From the NCBI RefSeq assembly GCF_006345805.1, contig NC_042998.1:155000001-155064000 (forward strand): a stretch of DNA of 64,000 nt, written 5' to 3'. Shown piece after piece: positions 25,486-39,533 of the stretch. The first letter of the stretch is position 1; each line of letters starts with the position of its first letter. A program made the position numbers and the translations under genes. The notes beneath the pieces are model-generated. The model made no database searches. It was not told where the DNA came from and was given only the letters and a program-made list of their open reading frames with translations. This DNA comes from Octopus sinensis (lineage: Eukaryota).

Positions 25486-25490
<5 letters not shown>
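20080..25490 (+). mobile_element. L1/Tx1-like LINE, near full length, inactivated, most of the RT deleted
   Basis: Asn/Thr-rich ORF1 pieces from 20356 with a decayed zinc knuckle near 21500; ORF2 from 22470 (GCVNVCGL, AISETRL, SYLDRVL, SYTDHK, GYWKLNASLL); YVDD 23848-23859; C-terminal CPRC...ESILHALVQC; ends at (TA)n. Confidence 0.88.
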
Positions 25491-25529
<39 letters not shown>

Positions 25530-25589
25530 CCGCGGCCTTCGGGCTAAAACATTTTTAAGGATTTAAGGATATATCATCATCGCTTAGAA

Positions 25590-25735
25590 ACTGATGTTGG
25601 TGAGTTTATGTCCCTGTAACTTAGCAGTTCAGCAGAAGATATTGATAAGCACCAGGCTTACAAAGAATAAGTCCAGGGGTCAATTTCTTCAACTAAAAGT
25701 TGGTGCTCTGAAACAAGTAACAAAGTAAAAGAGTA
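25590..25735 (+). mobile_element. SINE 3' fragment (8483 family)
   Basis: CTTAGCAGTTCAGCAG...GGCTTACAAAGAATAAGTCCAGGGGTC...GTAAAAGAG. Confidence 0.75.
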
Positions 25736-25869
25736 ATATATATGTATGTTTGTATGTACAAGGTGTTTAAGTAAAATTTCAATATGGATGATGCAGAAGG
25801 TTAGAAGCTGTTTAGGATGGAAGTTCTTGCTTCTATTACAACTTTATAACTCTTCAGGTTGGCAGAGAT

Positions 25870-27100
25870 TAGTACAAGGTGTAATACTGTGATTTGTTAT
25901 TGTCTGTGAATGAAGACACTACCTCCCTGTGCCCCAGTTTAAGCAGAATGCTTCTTAATATACATCTAACTTCATTCATCCAATTATCTTGAGAGTCCAA
26001 ATTACAGAAACAGTGAAGGGAACACTTTCAATAGAATGATTTTATAAAGATAATAAGCAATTAAGATGGTTATTTACTTTAAACATTCAGCAATTATAGT
26101 AACCAGTGGTCTAATCAGCAAAGTCAAACTAAAACTGTACTACACTTGATCTCAACATTACTGAAGTTAGACACACATCTATCCTCTCTGTATTAATGAC
26201 ATGAAGATATTTCTGCATAGATCTTACAAGAATTGCACAAATTTGTGCAGCTCTGGTAAATGACAACTCTTTATTTATTATATTGGCCCAAATCTTTAGC
26301 ATTGCATTTAACAGAGTCATGGCCTGATATCTATTATGTCCCTCTTACCAACATCTTCAGCAATACAACTACTTTATGGCTTGCACAATTGTAAATACTC
26401 TATCTGCTCCAATTTAGGTTATACACAACAACCAAGATAGAAAGGAACAAGTCTGATATGTTTCAATAGAGTTTATAATGCAGATGATCCAGTCTTACTT
26501 TTTTAGTTTATTATGTACTCCCTATAGATCAGATGCTTTTATAGACCTTTTGCAGCACTTAGCCTCTCTAGAGATGTAGCAAATTGTTGAGATAGGCTTA
26601 ACAACTCTGGTCAAACATTCCTCCAAACAGTTTGGCAAGGTGCAACATTAAATTTTGCAGATCAGCTTAAAATCAGAACACTCTGGTAAAAGGCTATATC
26701 ATGCCACCTAGGACTTTTGGCCATATTTTGTACCTTGTTGTTTAAGAGCAAGTCATTTAGTATGTTCAATGTAACTTTTACTGTCTAATGTGTTATTTCC
26801 TAACACTATGTCCTTGCTAAATCTAACAGATTCTGTTGTAATTTTCTTTTGAATCCCATCTACCACCCGTTGTTATATTTTCTGTTCAATATTGAAAACA
26901 ATGCATTCAGCTGCCAACTAACTGAATATGTGATCAGCGTACAATATCCCTTTCTACAAATATGCTCTGAAATATGTCTACTTGATACTTTATTAAACAG
27001 TTAGGACTATCTGAACAGAATCAAGATCTTACACTTTCTCTCCAATCCACTACTGCAATTCCAAGAATCACTCAAGTATTTCCGGATGCACAACTAGGAG
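25870..27100 (-). mobile_element. Highly degenerate L1/Tx1-like ORF2 fragment
   Basis: IRPMTLLNAMLKIWANII...AQICAILVRSMQKYLH resembles RT motifs 1-2; upstream piece resembles 23700-23790. Confidence 0.55.
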
Positions 27101-29379
27101 GGAAACAGCCATTATCAGGCATGGGCAAACTTTCTTAAGATGTGGGCCATGCAAGACATAGCTCCTCATCAGGTGGTCTGCACTACTATAAAAATTCAAG
27201 CTAAATTTTATTAAGCATGCTATTCAGAAAGTCTTTTGTGCCACAAATTGCTCATAACTAGTCTTGATTGATGATTAATATCCAATACCCGAAAAGTATA
27301 CTTTAAACTTTAGATACTGAATTAAGTACAAATTTTATAATGAATCAGATGTCCTTACATAGAGGAACCCTCCATTACTGAGAATATTCAGCATGAGCCT
27401 CTTTTTCAAGAAATACTCCAGTATTTAGCAAAGTAATAGTTGAAGTTGTGAAGGGAAAAAATAGGTACTTACCTATTGCCTGTTTCCTTGTAGATTTGAA
27501 AGTCCCACACATAAAGGGATCTCCTATCTCATTGTAAACATCAGGCTTTCATTATTTGCCTACCTACTCAAGGTTTGTAGATTATTTAATAATTTTTATG
27601 AATCTAGCACAGAATTTATATTTTTCTTCTCTGTTGTTAGTTCAATCTGCAGCTTTATAACACTTTTTTTGTAAATGACAGTAAAGCTACAGTAATTGAG
27701 AATATTACTATTTTGCTATAGCTTTTTTTTTTTTGTTAGTTGCAGACTTCAAATTTCCTTAACCCATTCAATCCCTTTTAATACCTTACTCTTTCTCTTT
27801 TCCCACAACTTGTCATTGGGGTCTGAGTTCCACCTTTTGGTATGATACCAACTTAAGGGTCAGTGTCCCTTGCTGTATTTTTTATTTTTTTGCTAGGTAG
27901 TGAGTTGTATTGCTGTTTGAAGCCTTTTCTTTATGAGGACCGGATGCACTAAAGGAAGCTTCACATTGGTCTGAACCATTGTATTTACTGAGCTTGATAA
28001 TCAGGGGCTGATACCTGAGTGACAACAATCAACTTTTGTTTTGAATTTTTGTTCTAATTATTGTTGTCGCTGTTCTTGTAACATTTTAATTTTTGCTATA
28101 AGCCAGCAGAGCTGAGATGAGCCATTGAAGGCCCTGGTGAGATTGATGTAAGGAAAGAGTAGAGTGGAAGCACAACAAGGCTGTAATTCTAGTTTTTTTT
28201 TTAAATTTTAATTTAGTCAAGCATTCAAGATTGGTGAAATTTATGTAGTTGGTTTTCAGTTCAGGTTTAATGTTTACAGTAAAAACACAAGTGAGGAGAG
28301 AATCCCAGAAAGTAGCTATTTTAAGACAGGATTGGAGGAAATGTTTTGTGGTAATGAGAAACAATGTAAGCAAAATATGTAATGCAAAATTTTGTGAATT
28401 ACACATATAAATAAGGCAACTATTTTGGTTGTTGCTACCTCCATTTTTGTTGTTGCTCTTTCTGTTGAATTTGTGTACAGAAAAACTTTAATTAGCCTTT
28501 TGTTGTTAAATATTTCATAGACTATCAATCTCAGTGAGTTGACCCCCACCCCAATGACAAATTATGTTAAGAATATCCAAGATAGCACCAAACTTCTTGA
28601 GTTTTACTAATCCCTTGCTCTAGTTTATAGTTATATCCTCACTTCTTCAATATATTTCATGACTGTTTAGGAATGCCAGGGCTTCATCTCCATTGACATT
28701 CCAGTTAATGGATATTTAAAAAGATTTTTCTTACAAAAGAAACTCTGAACCATATTCTAAAATAATTTTCAGTCACTTTGCATTAGTACATTTCTTTATC
28801 CTTCTATATCAGCAGGTTTCAACCTATGGGTCATAATCCAAATTAGATTGTGGTACAATTTGAAAGAATTACAAATACAAAACTTCCTTTTCAAATATTT
28901 AATCAAATGTAAACAGTTCATGAACATGTTATACAGTAGACCATATGTAAAAAGTCTGAAACACTTTTACTGCAATAAAAAACTGAGGAATATTTCTCCA
29001 AGTATCAAATAATAACATATTTGGAAGATTATTTTTTATTTAAATGTCAAAAAGAGTACTGCAAAGGTTTAGTGATAAACCAAAATGGATTATGATGATA
29101 AAAGGTTGAGAACTGCTGTTCAATGTGAAACAATACTTCAACAATTAAATAAAGAAACCTTTACATGGTTGCCTGAGCTGCTAGAAATAGCAAATTTTCC
29201 CAAACTATTCCTTACTATTATATATGTCCTTGCAAGACATCTGCTCCTCTCTCTCTATCATAATTTCTTCTTCCTTAAGTCTATACCCAGCTCAGTTGAA
29301 GGATCTTATCTTACAGGTACTTGGTGACCTCACTAAGTACCACATAGAAATCACCCAGTACATTTTATTAAGTGATTGG

Positions 29380-29515
29380 CATTGAAAGGGCATCCAGCTG
29401 TAGAAATTATGCCAAAGCAGACATAGAACCTGACAAAACTATCTGACTTGTCTGTTATTATCAAACTATCCAACACATGCCAGCATGGAAAAAGAAGGTG
29501 GTAAATGATGATGAT
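29380..29515 (+). mobile_element. RTE-family 3' tail fragment
   Basis: GGCATCCAGCTGTAGAAA...CCAACACATGCCAGCATGGAAA...(GAT)n. Confidence 0.75.
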
Positions 29516-29899
29516 CACTCACACACACACACAGAGAAATAGTTGAAGATAATTCTATAAACAATATTCTAAAATGGAAGGTGGGGTGGAAAACCGATCA
29601 TATACTTTAAATTTGGTTTGAAAAAACTTACAGATCAACAGAGAAGACTCAAAAACTTTAATATTGATATCAACAAAACAGCAACATCTGATCACAAACT
29701 ATTAATAATTCACCAAATCATAACAAAATATGATAAAAAAAAAAACATTCCAGAAGTACCTGTTTTAGTTTATCAAATTACTTAGTTCTAACAATTAACT
29801 TACTTCACAGAATACAACAACAATAATAATAATAACATACAACAAAGAAACTTATGCACATCTTGTAACATCAAAAAATAGCAAAACTTAGTACAATGC

Positions 29900-30790
29900 A
29901 ACACACAGAATAAATAGCCAAAATTACCTTTCACCAAAATGAAAAGCTACATTACCAATGCAATGTTCACATTCAGGAAACAAAAAATATCACCCCATAT
30001 AGGAGATCTCAATCATAGATCACTTCAGTCCAAGTCATGGTATTTATCTCCATAACTTGCATAATGTTATACATCTAGCACACAGATTCAGAAAGAGCAT
30101 CCAGCATCTTATAAATTCAAGATAAAATCAAAAACAGGAAACACATACATACATATTACCAACAACATAATCTAGTTTCTCATCAGGCCAAACATCCCAA
30201 CATCACTTTAACACACTCCCAAACACAATAGTTGGAGAGAGATGTCAATACATACAACATATCCTAAAACACAAACACAGATATAACAAGTGAAGATACT
30301 GTAGCATCATAACTGTCTTTCTAACTATACAACCCACAGTAATATAATTACTTTCCTCATTAAACTAACAATAACTTCATTCTGGATTTCTGATTGATAT
30401 AGCTACCTATCATAATGTCATGGCAACTCTCTTCTGACCACCTACTCTTATTATCAAAACACACAAGTAAAACATAAACTCCCACAAACTTTAAAACCTT
30501 GTGGAATTATTTACACCAAGAAACAGAATTACAGTTTGCAGAATTTACCATCAACAACAAAATACTCCAGTATATAGATTGAACCAAATGATTGTAAAAT
30601 GTCCCCTCACCACCTGCCACCAAAAAATGTCCTACAAAACAATATGAAAAATAACAGAAGCTTAATTTCACAATATAAATAACCTGCTAAAAACTAGGGA
30701 TAAGCCCAAGCATAACATATTAAAAGAAATAACAGTCAGTACAAAAGGAATAATAAAGAAAATGAATCAGAGAAAAGCAGAAAACTGACA
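29900..30790 (+). mobile_element. Possible very old LINE endonuclease remnant
   Basis: Strong A/C strand bias; HIGDLNH near 30000 resembles the APE GDxN motif. Weak. Confidence 0.3.
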
Positions 30791-30814
30791 AACATTTGAT
30801 ATGATAGGCATCTG

Positions 30815-33015
30815 TTTGTCTCAAAATACCATGGATCTGTGCCTGTAGAATTTTGTGCCTTCCGCTGATGATGGTGCACATCTGAATTTGAGGATGCTCT
30901 TCATCAACACTACTGAGTTTTCCTTTTTGTGAGTATGCTTTTCTTCAGTGGCAAGTTTCAGTCTTACTTCCCCTTGCTCCATCCTCTTGTGTAGTACTCA
31001 TCTCCAGTGTGGGTGATCATTTGCAACTGCCTCCCATTTCAAGACGTCCAGATCTATTGACTTCATATCTCTCTTGCAGATGTTCATGAAACAAAAATGA
31101 GGTCATTCTCATGCTCTTGAGCTGTTGGTCAATTCCCCCCATACAAGGTCTTTTGAGATCCTCCCATCTGGTATATGATATACTTGATCAAGCCAATGCA
31201 CACAGTGCTGTTGGAACAGGATGAATATGCTGGATATCTTGGTATGATTGGTCTGACAACTTAATGTCCAAAATGCGTCTCAGGCTATGAAGGTGGAAGA
31301 TGTTGAGATGCTGTTCTTGTCTGGAGTAAAGGCTCTGTCTTGCTGCCGTAAAGTAGTGTGCTGAGGATGTACACCTTGTAGACAGAAATCTTGGTATTTG
31401 GGGGTCAGTTTTCTGTTCTCCGAGACTCTCTTCATCAATCTGACAAATGAGAAGGATGTGTATCCAACTCACCTGCTGATCTCAGGGTCCAATAAGAGAT
31501 TATCAATGATGTCAGAGACAGGATAGGTGAATTCATCGATTACTTCCAGTTCATAGGTGCTGATGGTGGTGGTGGATTCCTGGCAGACCCTTCAGAAGTG
31601 CTGCATTTGCTCCTCAGGGAGCACTGTCAATACTGCATCATCAACAAACAGCATTTCTCTGAACTCAGGATTTTGCTTTCAGCCTTGACAGACTAAACAC
31701 TTTCCCATCTGATCTGGTGTGGAGATAGACACCATCAGTTGATGTTCCAAAAATGTGTTACAGCATGACTGCGAAAAAGATGTTTTACACTGCTGCATAT
31801 GTTGAAAGCCTTCAAAGAAGAGCAATCAAATTGAACATCTTTCATATCCAACATGAAACAACTGGACTATCCTGAGAAGTCTCAGAGGTCAACCAGTCTT
31901 GGCAAGAATTTTGAACAGGCAGTCTCTACTAACTTGATTGAAAGCTTTCATGAGGTCAATGAAGGTAGAGTGGTTGTTTTTGCTCTTGGAACTTCTCCTG
32001 TAGCTATTGAAGAGAGATCATGTTGATGATGGAGTATTCTGAACTGAAACCACATTAGATTCAGGGCATAACCTGTCAGCAATTTTCTGTAGTCTGTTCA
32101 GGACCATGCAGGCAAAGACCTTCCTGACAATGCTTTGTAGTGAGATGCCTCATAGCTATTGCAGTCACTTCTGTACCTTTTGTTCTTATAGAGGTAGGCA
32201 AAGTTACAGCCTCTCATGTCATGTAGGACTGTTCCTTCCTCCCAGCACTGACAATAGTTTCAGCAAGTTTCTGGGTAGAACTCTCTTTGCACACCTGATA
32301 TCTTCTGGTGGGATGCCACCTGATCCCAGTGCCTTCACTGTGGGTAGGCCATCAATGGCTCTGCTCAGTTCTTCAGTGGTAGGCAATGTGTCCAACTCCT
32401 CCATGATGGGTAGGTGTTTCATGGTGTCTATTACACTGAGATGTTGTTTTCCTTGGTGTAGAGTTCAGAGTAATATACCACCCATCGCTCCAACTTCTCT
32501 CTTTTATCCTTGATGATCTTCCCTGTTTTGGAATTGAGTGGAGTTATCTTGCTCTGGGTTGAATCAATTGCTTTCTTGATGCCCTCATACATTCCGCAAA
32601 TGTTGCCTGTGTCAAACAACAGTTGGATGTCTTTGCATAATTGTAACCAGTAGTCATTTGCACAGCACCTTATTGTCTTCTGCATGTTGTCCCTTGCTGA
32701 TCTCAATGCTTGCAGCATTGCTCTAGTGGATTGGTGTTTGTGCTTCACCTCCATGGGTGTACTGAGCTCATTCACACATTCCTCAAACCAGTCCTGTAAT
32801 ATTCTCCACCTCCACCAAATGCCTTCAATGTAGTGCCATGGATGGTGTTCCTGAAAGAGTCCCATCTTCTGGTGGGTCTGTGAGGAAGGTGTACTTGAAG
32901 AGTGCATCTGCCTTGCTTGACTGCTGGGTTGCAGTAGCATTTATATACTGCTTGCCTGGAGACTTGGCACTGAGCATCATTTTTGGTTGAAGTTTGAGAT
33001 TGTAGCAAACCATTT
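30815..33015 (-). mobile_element. 5'-truncated degenerate RTE LINE related to 2076-5700
   Basis: CCANDYWLQLCKDIQ...GMYEGIKKA...LERWVVYYSELY, KALGSGGIP and later RT motifs with many stops. Confidence 0.85.
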
Positions 33016-34854
33016 TTATCCATAATAAATCCAAAATAGGATATAGCATAATTGATTTCAAATTCTAACACAAAGACCAACAAGTTTGGGGGAGAGGTAA
33101 CTTGCTAGCTCACCACCTTAAGACATAACATAATTAGCAACAAAAATAGTCACATTATATAAAATGTTTCATAGAAATATATGTTTATTTAGTAATTTGA
33201 TTCCCCATTTCTTGAGATTCTGGCTCAAACCCACTACTTGAAGCCTTGGATTCATGTTCTGTTTCAGCTCACACCATGTGGGAATACAAGTAGCATCAGT
33301 ATGCATTAAACCTATATGACCAACTGTGGCAGTACTCTTGTTATTGGTTTTGTGTTTTTTCACCATCTTGTCATCAGATTTGGCAATGGCCATATTGAAT
33401 TCATGACGAATTTTTCTTTTTTATGATATAAAAATCTAAGAGAGAATTGATAAAATTTTCACTTTTATATATCATAATGATTATCTGACCTACCCTGATT
33501 GATTTTTATATCAAAGTAAAGCAAAAACAGTCCTCTTCATGACTATCATTTTCAATACAGACCAAGTTATAGTGCCCCAGTACATTGAACTAGAATGAAG
33601 GCTGCTGTTCAACAACAAGAAACAAAAATGGGACAAATCTTGTGAATACCAGGGTAATTGAAGGAACTGGGCATGAGTTGTAGGTGTTGGATTTTGATCA
33701 AAAGTATATGAGAAGAAAGTTCATATCCAGAACTTTCAATGTATTTTGACATGAAACGGACCAAGCAAAAAGTGGGTTTCTTGCATGGTCAAACTGTGCT
33801 TGTCTCTCGTCTATGGAGCTCTAACATGATATCTAATTATATACATTCTAATAATAATAGAATAACAGAGTTAAAAACTTTAATCCAATAGATACACAAT
33901 TAACAAATCACACCTAAAAACTGAGCCCATACATAAAACAGTAAAATTGTAGCATGTAGACCAAAAAATAAAATAAATATTTATTTGAAATAACAGTTAT
34001 AGGAAAAAGTCTTACAATTATAACCATAACAACACTGACACTATTAAGAGAAGGAATGAACAAATGAGGAAGCATCTATCATATTTCATGATACACCATG
34101 TTTGATCCATAACAGTTGCACTGTATTTTGCATGTGTGCACATTCACTACATTAAGTTACTCTGTTCAAAGATGTTTTCTGCATTTTAACAACACCAGCA
34201 TTTTGTGTGTAAACATCCCGACATAAAATAAAATTATTTCTGAAATGAAATAAGCGTCTGAAATTCTTTGCTTCATTATATGAGCCAATGGTGTTACTTC
34301 AACACGTGGTAAGCCAATGGTGCCATTTTCTTTCAGCTTTGCACTTCATCTCGACATCGATGAATGATTAACTAGTATCATTGGACAACATACAACAGAG
34401 GTTTTATAAAAGTGAAAGCAAAACTAGCACTAAAAGAATAAAACAATTACTTCATTCAGTTAGTGTAACAACAAAGAGATACAAACACACACTCAAGAGA
34501 ACGAAAGAACACCCTAACCTCAAAATCAATAACAGCAAAATAGGAAAATTAAGAAAGCTAGAATGCTTACCAAGACTATGGATACAATGGAATAAAAAAA
34601 CAAAAAACAAAAAAATCACAAAGGAAATATAGCCAGGCAAGGGAAGTGTTCACAAAATTAAATGAAGTTAATTCAAGAAATTTCAACAAAAACATTAAGG
34701 AATTTGGCAACCATGAATGTTTTTTTTTTTTAATACATGAAATATTTAAGATACTGTAGAAGATTAAAATGTCAGTTGCAGAAACAAAAATATTACTAAG
34801 AAAAATAGGAACGCAGTAATCAAAGTCCCTGCAAAGAGATGGCTCTGCTTGATA

Positions 34855-35897
34855 GGTAAGAAGGGTGTTGGTAGAAACTCCATGCATTGTACCCAGTGCA
34901 AGCTATGGACACATGAGGTCTTGTGGTACCACAGATAGGTTAACAGAGAAAACAGTCTTTGTGAGTGGCAAATGTGCAAGTACAATAAGCACTGAAAATG
35001 CTCAGACAATAGACTTCCTCAAATGCTCAGGGGGATCCTTAAAAGTAGTAGATAGTTTTTTTGTTACCTAAGTGACTGAGTTAGCAGTGGAGGGGAAAGT
35101 TCTAAAAGCATAGTTGCTAGAATAGGAATGGGCTGGGCAAAGTTCAAAGAGCTTCTACCTTTGTTGGTAACAAAGGGCCTCTCCCTCAGGGTGAAAGGCA
35201 GATTGTATGATGCCTGTCTGGCAGTGAAATATGGGTTATGACTACAAAGCACTTGCAAAGACTTGGAAGAAATGAAGTTAGAATGCTATACTGGATGGGT
35301 AATGTCAGTGTGCATACATGACAGGGTGTAAATGATTTAAGAAGAAAACTGGATATAAGAGGCATCAAATGCTGTGTGCAAGAGAGAAGACTACTGGTAT
35401 GGTCATGTGATGCATTTGGATGAGGAAAGCTGCATAAAGAAGTGCCAATCTCTAATTGTGGAAAAAAAAACCTGTGGAAGAGGTAGACCCAGGAAGATGT
35501 GGGACAATGTGGTATGAAAGAATCTTCAGATGCTGGGCCTCATAGAGGCCATGACAAGCAACCAGGACTTGTAATTTGCTGCACTTGAGAAGACATGTCA
35601 AGCTAAGTAAAATTGTGGCCATCCATACATACAAGTATGTCCTTTATGGCTATGCCCCACTCCCTCTCTCAGCTGATGCACTCATGCCAGTGCTACTTAA
35701 ATACAACCATGTTGGTGGCATATTAAAAGCACCCAACACACTCTATAAAGTGGTTGGCATTAGGAAGGGCATCTAACCATAGAAACCATAGAAAAGCAGA
35801 CAAAGTCTGGACAGCTCTCCAGCTGGCCAAATTCTATCAAACCATCCAATCCATGCCAGCATGGAAAACGAATGTTAAACAATGATGATGATGATGA
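34855..35897 (+). mobile_element. 5'-truncated copy of the 36755-40922 RTE family
   Basis: Collinear with about 39355-40310 and the 3' UTR; includes the decayed Cys-rich insert and (GAT)n tail. Confidence 0.88.
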
Positions 35898-38492
35898 AAC
35901 ATTGAAAAGAAAGCTGTCAATCATGAACAATAAAAGGTAACATGAATTATAATGACAACTAAAATAGAAAGTAAAAAGAACAGACTGATGTAATTTACCT
36001 ACAGAAATGATTTTAGTATTTTTATAAAAAAAAAAGCTAACAACTAGAAAACCCCTGGAATTGACATAAGCTAAAAGTTTACTTGAAACATTTTACGTAC
36101 ACACACAAACACAGAGGCCTTTCAATGAGCTAGAACAAAAACCATAAATAACACTAGTTTTATTAGAAGACCATACAACTCTCACCCCTAAAAATACAAA
36201 CACTGCCACCCTTAAAAACTGATAACACATTAAACCACTGATACCCACACTTTCAGATAGATAGCATGGCATGTATGCTAAACAGTATAAAATATTACAA
36301 GAGGAGCAGAAGATAAGAAGTGGAAGTAAGCATCAACTCTTCCTTAATTAAATAGTATTAGATAACAGCAGAAGAAATGAAAATAAGTATGTATGGGTCA
36401 GTTAAATTAATCCCAATCTAGTAACTATTTGATCAAGCCTAGATAGATGAAAAACAAAACTGACCTTGGCAGAATTTGCATATAGAATGTTAAGGATATA
36501 ACTAAATGCTTCAGAGCATTTTGTGTGGCTCAGCACAGATCATATACCCCTCTGCTATTAGCTCTGTTCATTATTCTGTCTAGTAACATATCATCATGTA
36601 AATATAGTTTTCAAATAGGCTCCTTACATGTTCATTGACTCATTCAGCTATTAAAGTTATCACACAGTTACTTATTTAACCCTAAATTTTGTCTTAGAAT
36701 GTCCAACAGTGAACTCTCGGATTTTTTTTCTCAAGTCTATTTTACTATTATGAACATTTGCTAAGCAGACCCATCCCTAGTTCGAGGTCCGCCCGCCCTC
36801 CCACCCCCTCAACCTATACCGGAAGTTCCTATTATTCCTATTGTTCCTAGCCTTTGTCAACCCTGGGTTGCCTCCCATGAACTCTACAAAAGGCTGTATG
36901 CGATCCCCACCCCTAGTCTAGGGCTATCTCCTATGTTAGGTAATGATCATATAGTGCAAAATATGAAAGGGTAGTGTGTACAGGTTGAAATGAAGGCTAC
37001 TGTATTGTTTATCTATGAATTCTGCCAAATGTGAGTTTTCTTCTTTTCAGGTACATGAAGCCGCTGTCCCTCATCCCAGGGTCTCACGGGCCCATCCCTC
37101 CCACACCCTCAGGGTTGGCAATCTCAATGTTGGCACACTGAAAGGTAGGTCTGGTGAGATTGTTGAGATGCTTGAACGGAGATGTGTCGATATGTGCTGA
37201 CTCCATGAAGTAAGGTGGAGAGGAGGTTCTGCTAGGTTCCTCACAGGCAATGAACACAGGTACAAGATTTTCTGGGCAGGGAACACTGACAGGGTTGGGA
37301 GCGTGGGTATACTTCTTGTGGAGAAATGGGTTAAGGTAATTGAGGTAGTCAGAGTATGCAACAGAATACTTAAGATTAGATTAGTGTTTCACCATGGGTT
37401 AGCAACCTTTATATCAGCCTATGCCCCTCAGCTGGGGCTACCTGATGGACAGAAAGACCGATTCTATGACACCCTACTGCAGACTACCTCGTTGACGAAC
37501 GACAGGGACCTTCTTTTTGTGGCTGGTGACTTCAATGGACATGTTGGACAACATACAGGGGGCTTCCATGGCGTACATTGAGGCTACGGCTATGGTTCCC
37601 CGCAACGAAGAGAGAACCAGGCTGCTGGAGTTCTGCAATGCAAATGATCTTATGGTTTGCAATACTGACTTCAGAAAAACTACCAGTCACCTAGTCACCT
37701 ACCGATCAGGCCGACATACAAGCCAAATTGACTACATTCTTGCCAGAAAAGGGAAAGATGGCTGCCTATAAATGCCAAAACCTTCCCAGCTGAAGAATGT
37801 ACCCCACAACATAGACTGGTAGTTAGTGACTTTAGGATCAGGACTAAGTGGACGCCCAGAAGACGACCAACATGGAAAAGAAGGGTCTGGAAGCTTAAAG
37901 ATCCTGCGAATGGACAGAGATTTAGAGACATAACACTTGAAGCCTTTGATGAAATAGAAGAGGATATAGATTCAAATAGTGTAAAAGACAACTGGAGGTT
38001 TCTACAGGACAACCTGCTGAGAGCCACTGACCAGATCTGTGGATGGAGCAAAGTCCCCTCTCGACCCAAAATAACGTGGTGGTGGAACAATGTTGTAGAC
38101 AGGGCTATTAGAGAAAAGAGACAGGCTTGGAAGGACTGGAAGAATGGTGGTAGCAGGGGATTGTATCAGACTGCCAGAAGAGAAGCTAGCAGACAGATTT
38201 ACTTAGCCAGAGTGGAAGCCGATAAGAAAAAATTTGCCAATGTTCTGCGCCGTGAGGATCAAAGACTTGAGGTATTTCATGCTGCAAGACAGTGTGTGAG
38301 AGAGAATCGAGATGTCGTAGGAAAGAAATGTGTCCGCATGGATGATAGTTCTCTTGTGCTAAATGGGGCTGCAAAGAGAGAGGTTTGGAGACACCATTAT
38401 GAAAGGTTGCTGAATAAAGAAAATGAATGGGAGAAAGAGAGTCTGCCGAATGTCGAACAACAGAGGGACCAGCAATCTGAGTTGACAGTACC

Positions 38493-39533
38493 TTGGTAGT
38501 TAAGGCAATTAGAATTATGAAGACAGGGAAAGCCCCAGGCCCATCAGGAATTAATGCAGCGATGCTCAAAATATCTGGCAGCCTAGTCACCCGTATAGTT
38601 AACCAGGTGATACACGAAGGAGTCATACCCAATGACTGGTGTAGCAGCATAATAGTCAACTGCTACAAAGGTAAAGGTGACATCCTAGATACAAATAACT
38701 ACAGAGGTATCAAGCTGTTAGATCAGGCAATGAAGGTCATGGAGAGGGTCATAGCCCATAGGGACAGAGTCAGTTTGGATGAGATGCAGTTTGGGTTCAT
38801 GCCAGGGAAAAGCACCACTGATGCTATATTTCTGGTAAGACAGCTGCAGGAGAAATACCTAGCCAAAGATAAGCCCCTGTACCTGGCTTTCATTGACATG
38901 GAGAAAGCCTTTGACAGGGTCCCCCGATCCCTTATCTGGTGGTCAATGAGGAAACTAGGGATAGATGAATGGTTAGTGAGAGCTGTACAAGCCATGTACA
39001 GGGATGCTGTCAGTAAGGTGAGGGTTGGTAACGAGTACACTGAAGAATTCAGGGTAGAGGTAGGGGTCCACCAAGGTTCAGTCCTCATTCCCCTCCTATT
39101 TATCATAGTCCTCCAGGCAATAACAGAGGAATTCAAGACAGGATGCCTCTGGGAGTTCTTCTATGCTGATGACCTTGCTCTAATTACTGAGTCACTATCA
39201 GAATTAGAGGAGAAGTTTCAAGTGTGGAAACAAGGATTAGAATCAAAGGGCCCTAGTGTCAACGTAGCTAAAACCAAAGTCCTAATAAGCAGGAAGGTTG
39301 GCAAACCACAAATCCCTTCAGGTAGATGGCCCTGCCCGATCTGTAGTAGAGGTGTAGGTAGAAACTCTATAAGATGTATCCAGTGTAAGCTATGGACACA
39401 TAAGAGGTGCAGCAATATCACAAGAAGGCTAATTGGGAAGATGGCTTTTGTATGTGGCAGATGTTCGGGTGCAATAAACACTGACAATGCACAGAGAACA
39501 ACTTCCGCCACATTCCAGGGAGAAAAACTATAA
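38493..39533 (+). pseudogene. RTE reverse transcriptase segment with C4HC3 insert
   Basis: KAPGPSGI, NYRGIKLL, QFGFMPG, FIDMEKAFDRV, GVHQGSVL, YADD at 39162-39173; finger 39333-39464; premature TAA 39531-39533. Confidence 0.92.

Noticed and set aside
27119-27134. CAGGCATGGGCAAACT, hAT-like TIR
   Set aside because: No matching second end or TSD found.
33169-33393. 74-aa ORF in unassigned sequence
   Set aside because: Length expected by chance; no motif recognised.
36755-37014. Possible HDV-like ribozyme in RTE 5' UTRs (also 2076-2200 and 51560-51800)
   Set aside because: Hairpins exist but no nested double pseudoknot could be built by eye; a descriptor search would decide.
36940-37050. Apparent intron in the RTE 5' region
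   Set aside because: The ATG at 37015 already reads in frame through the acceptor-like site.
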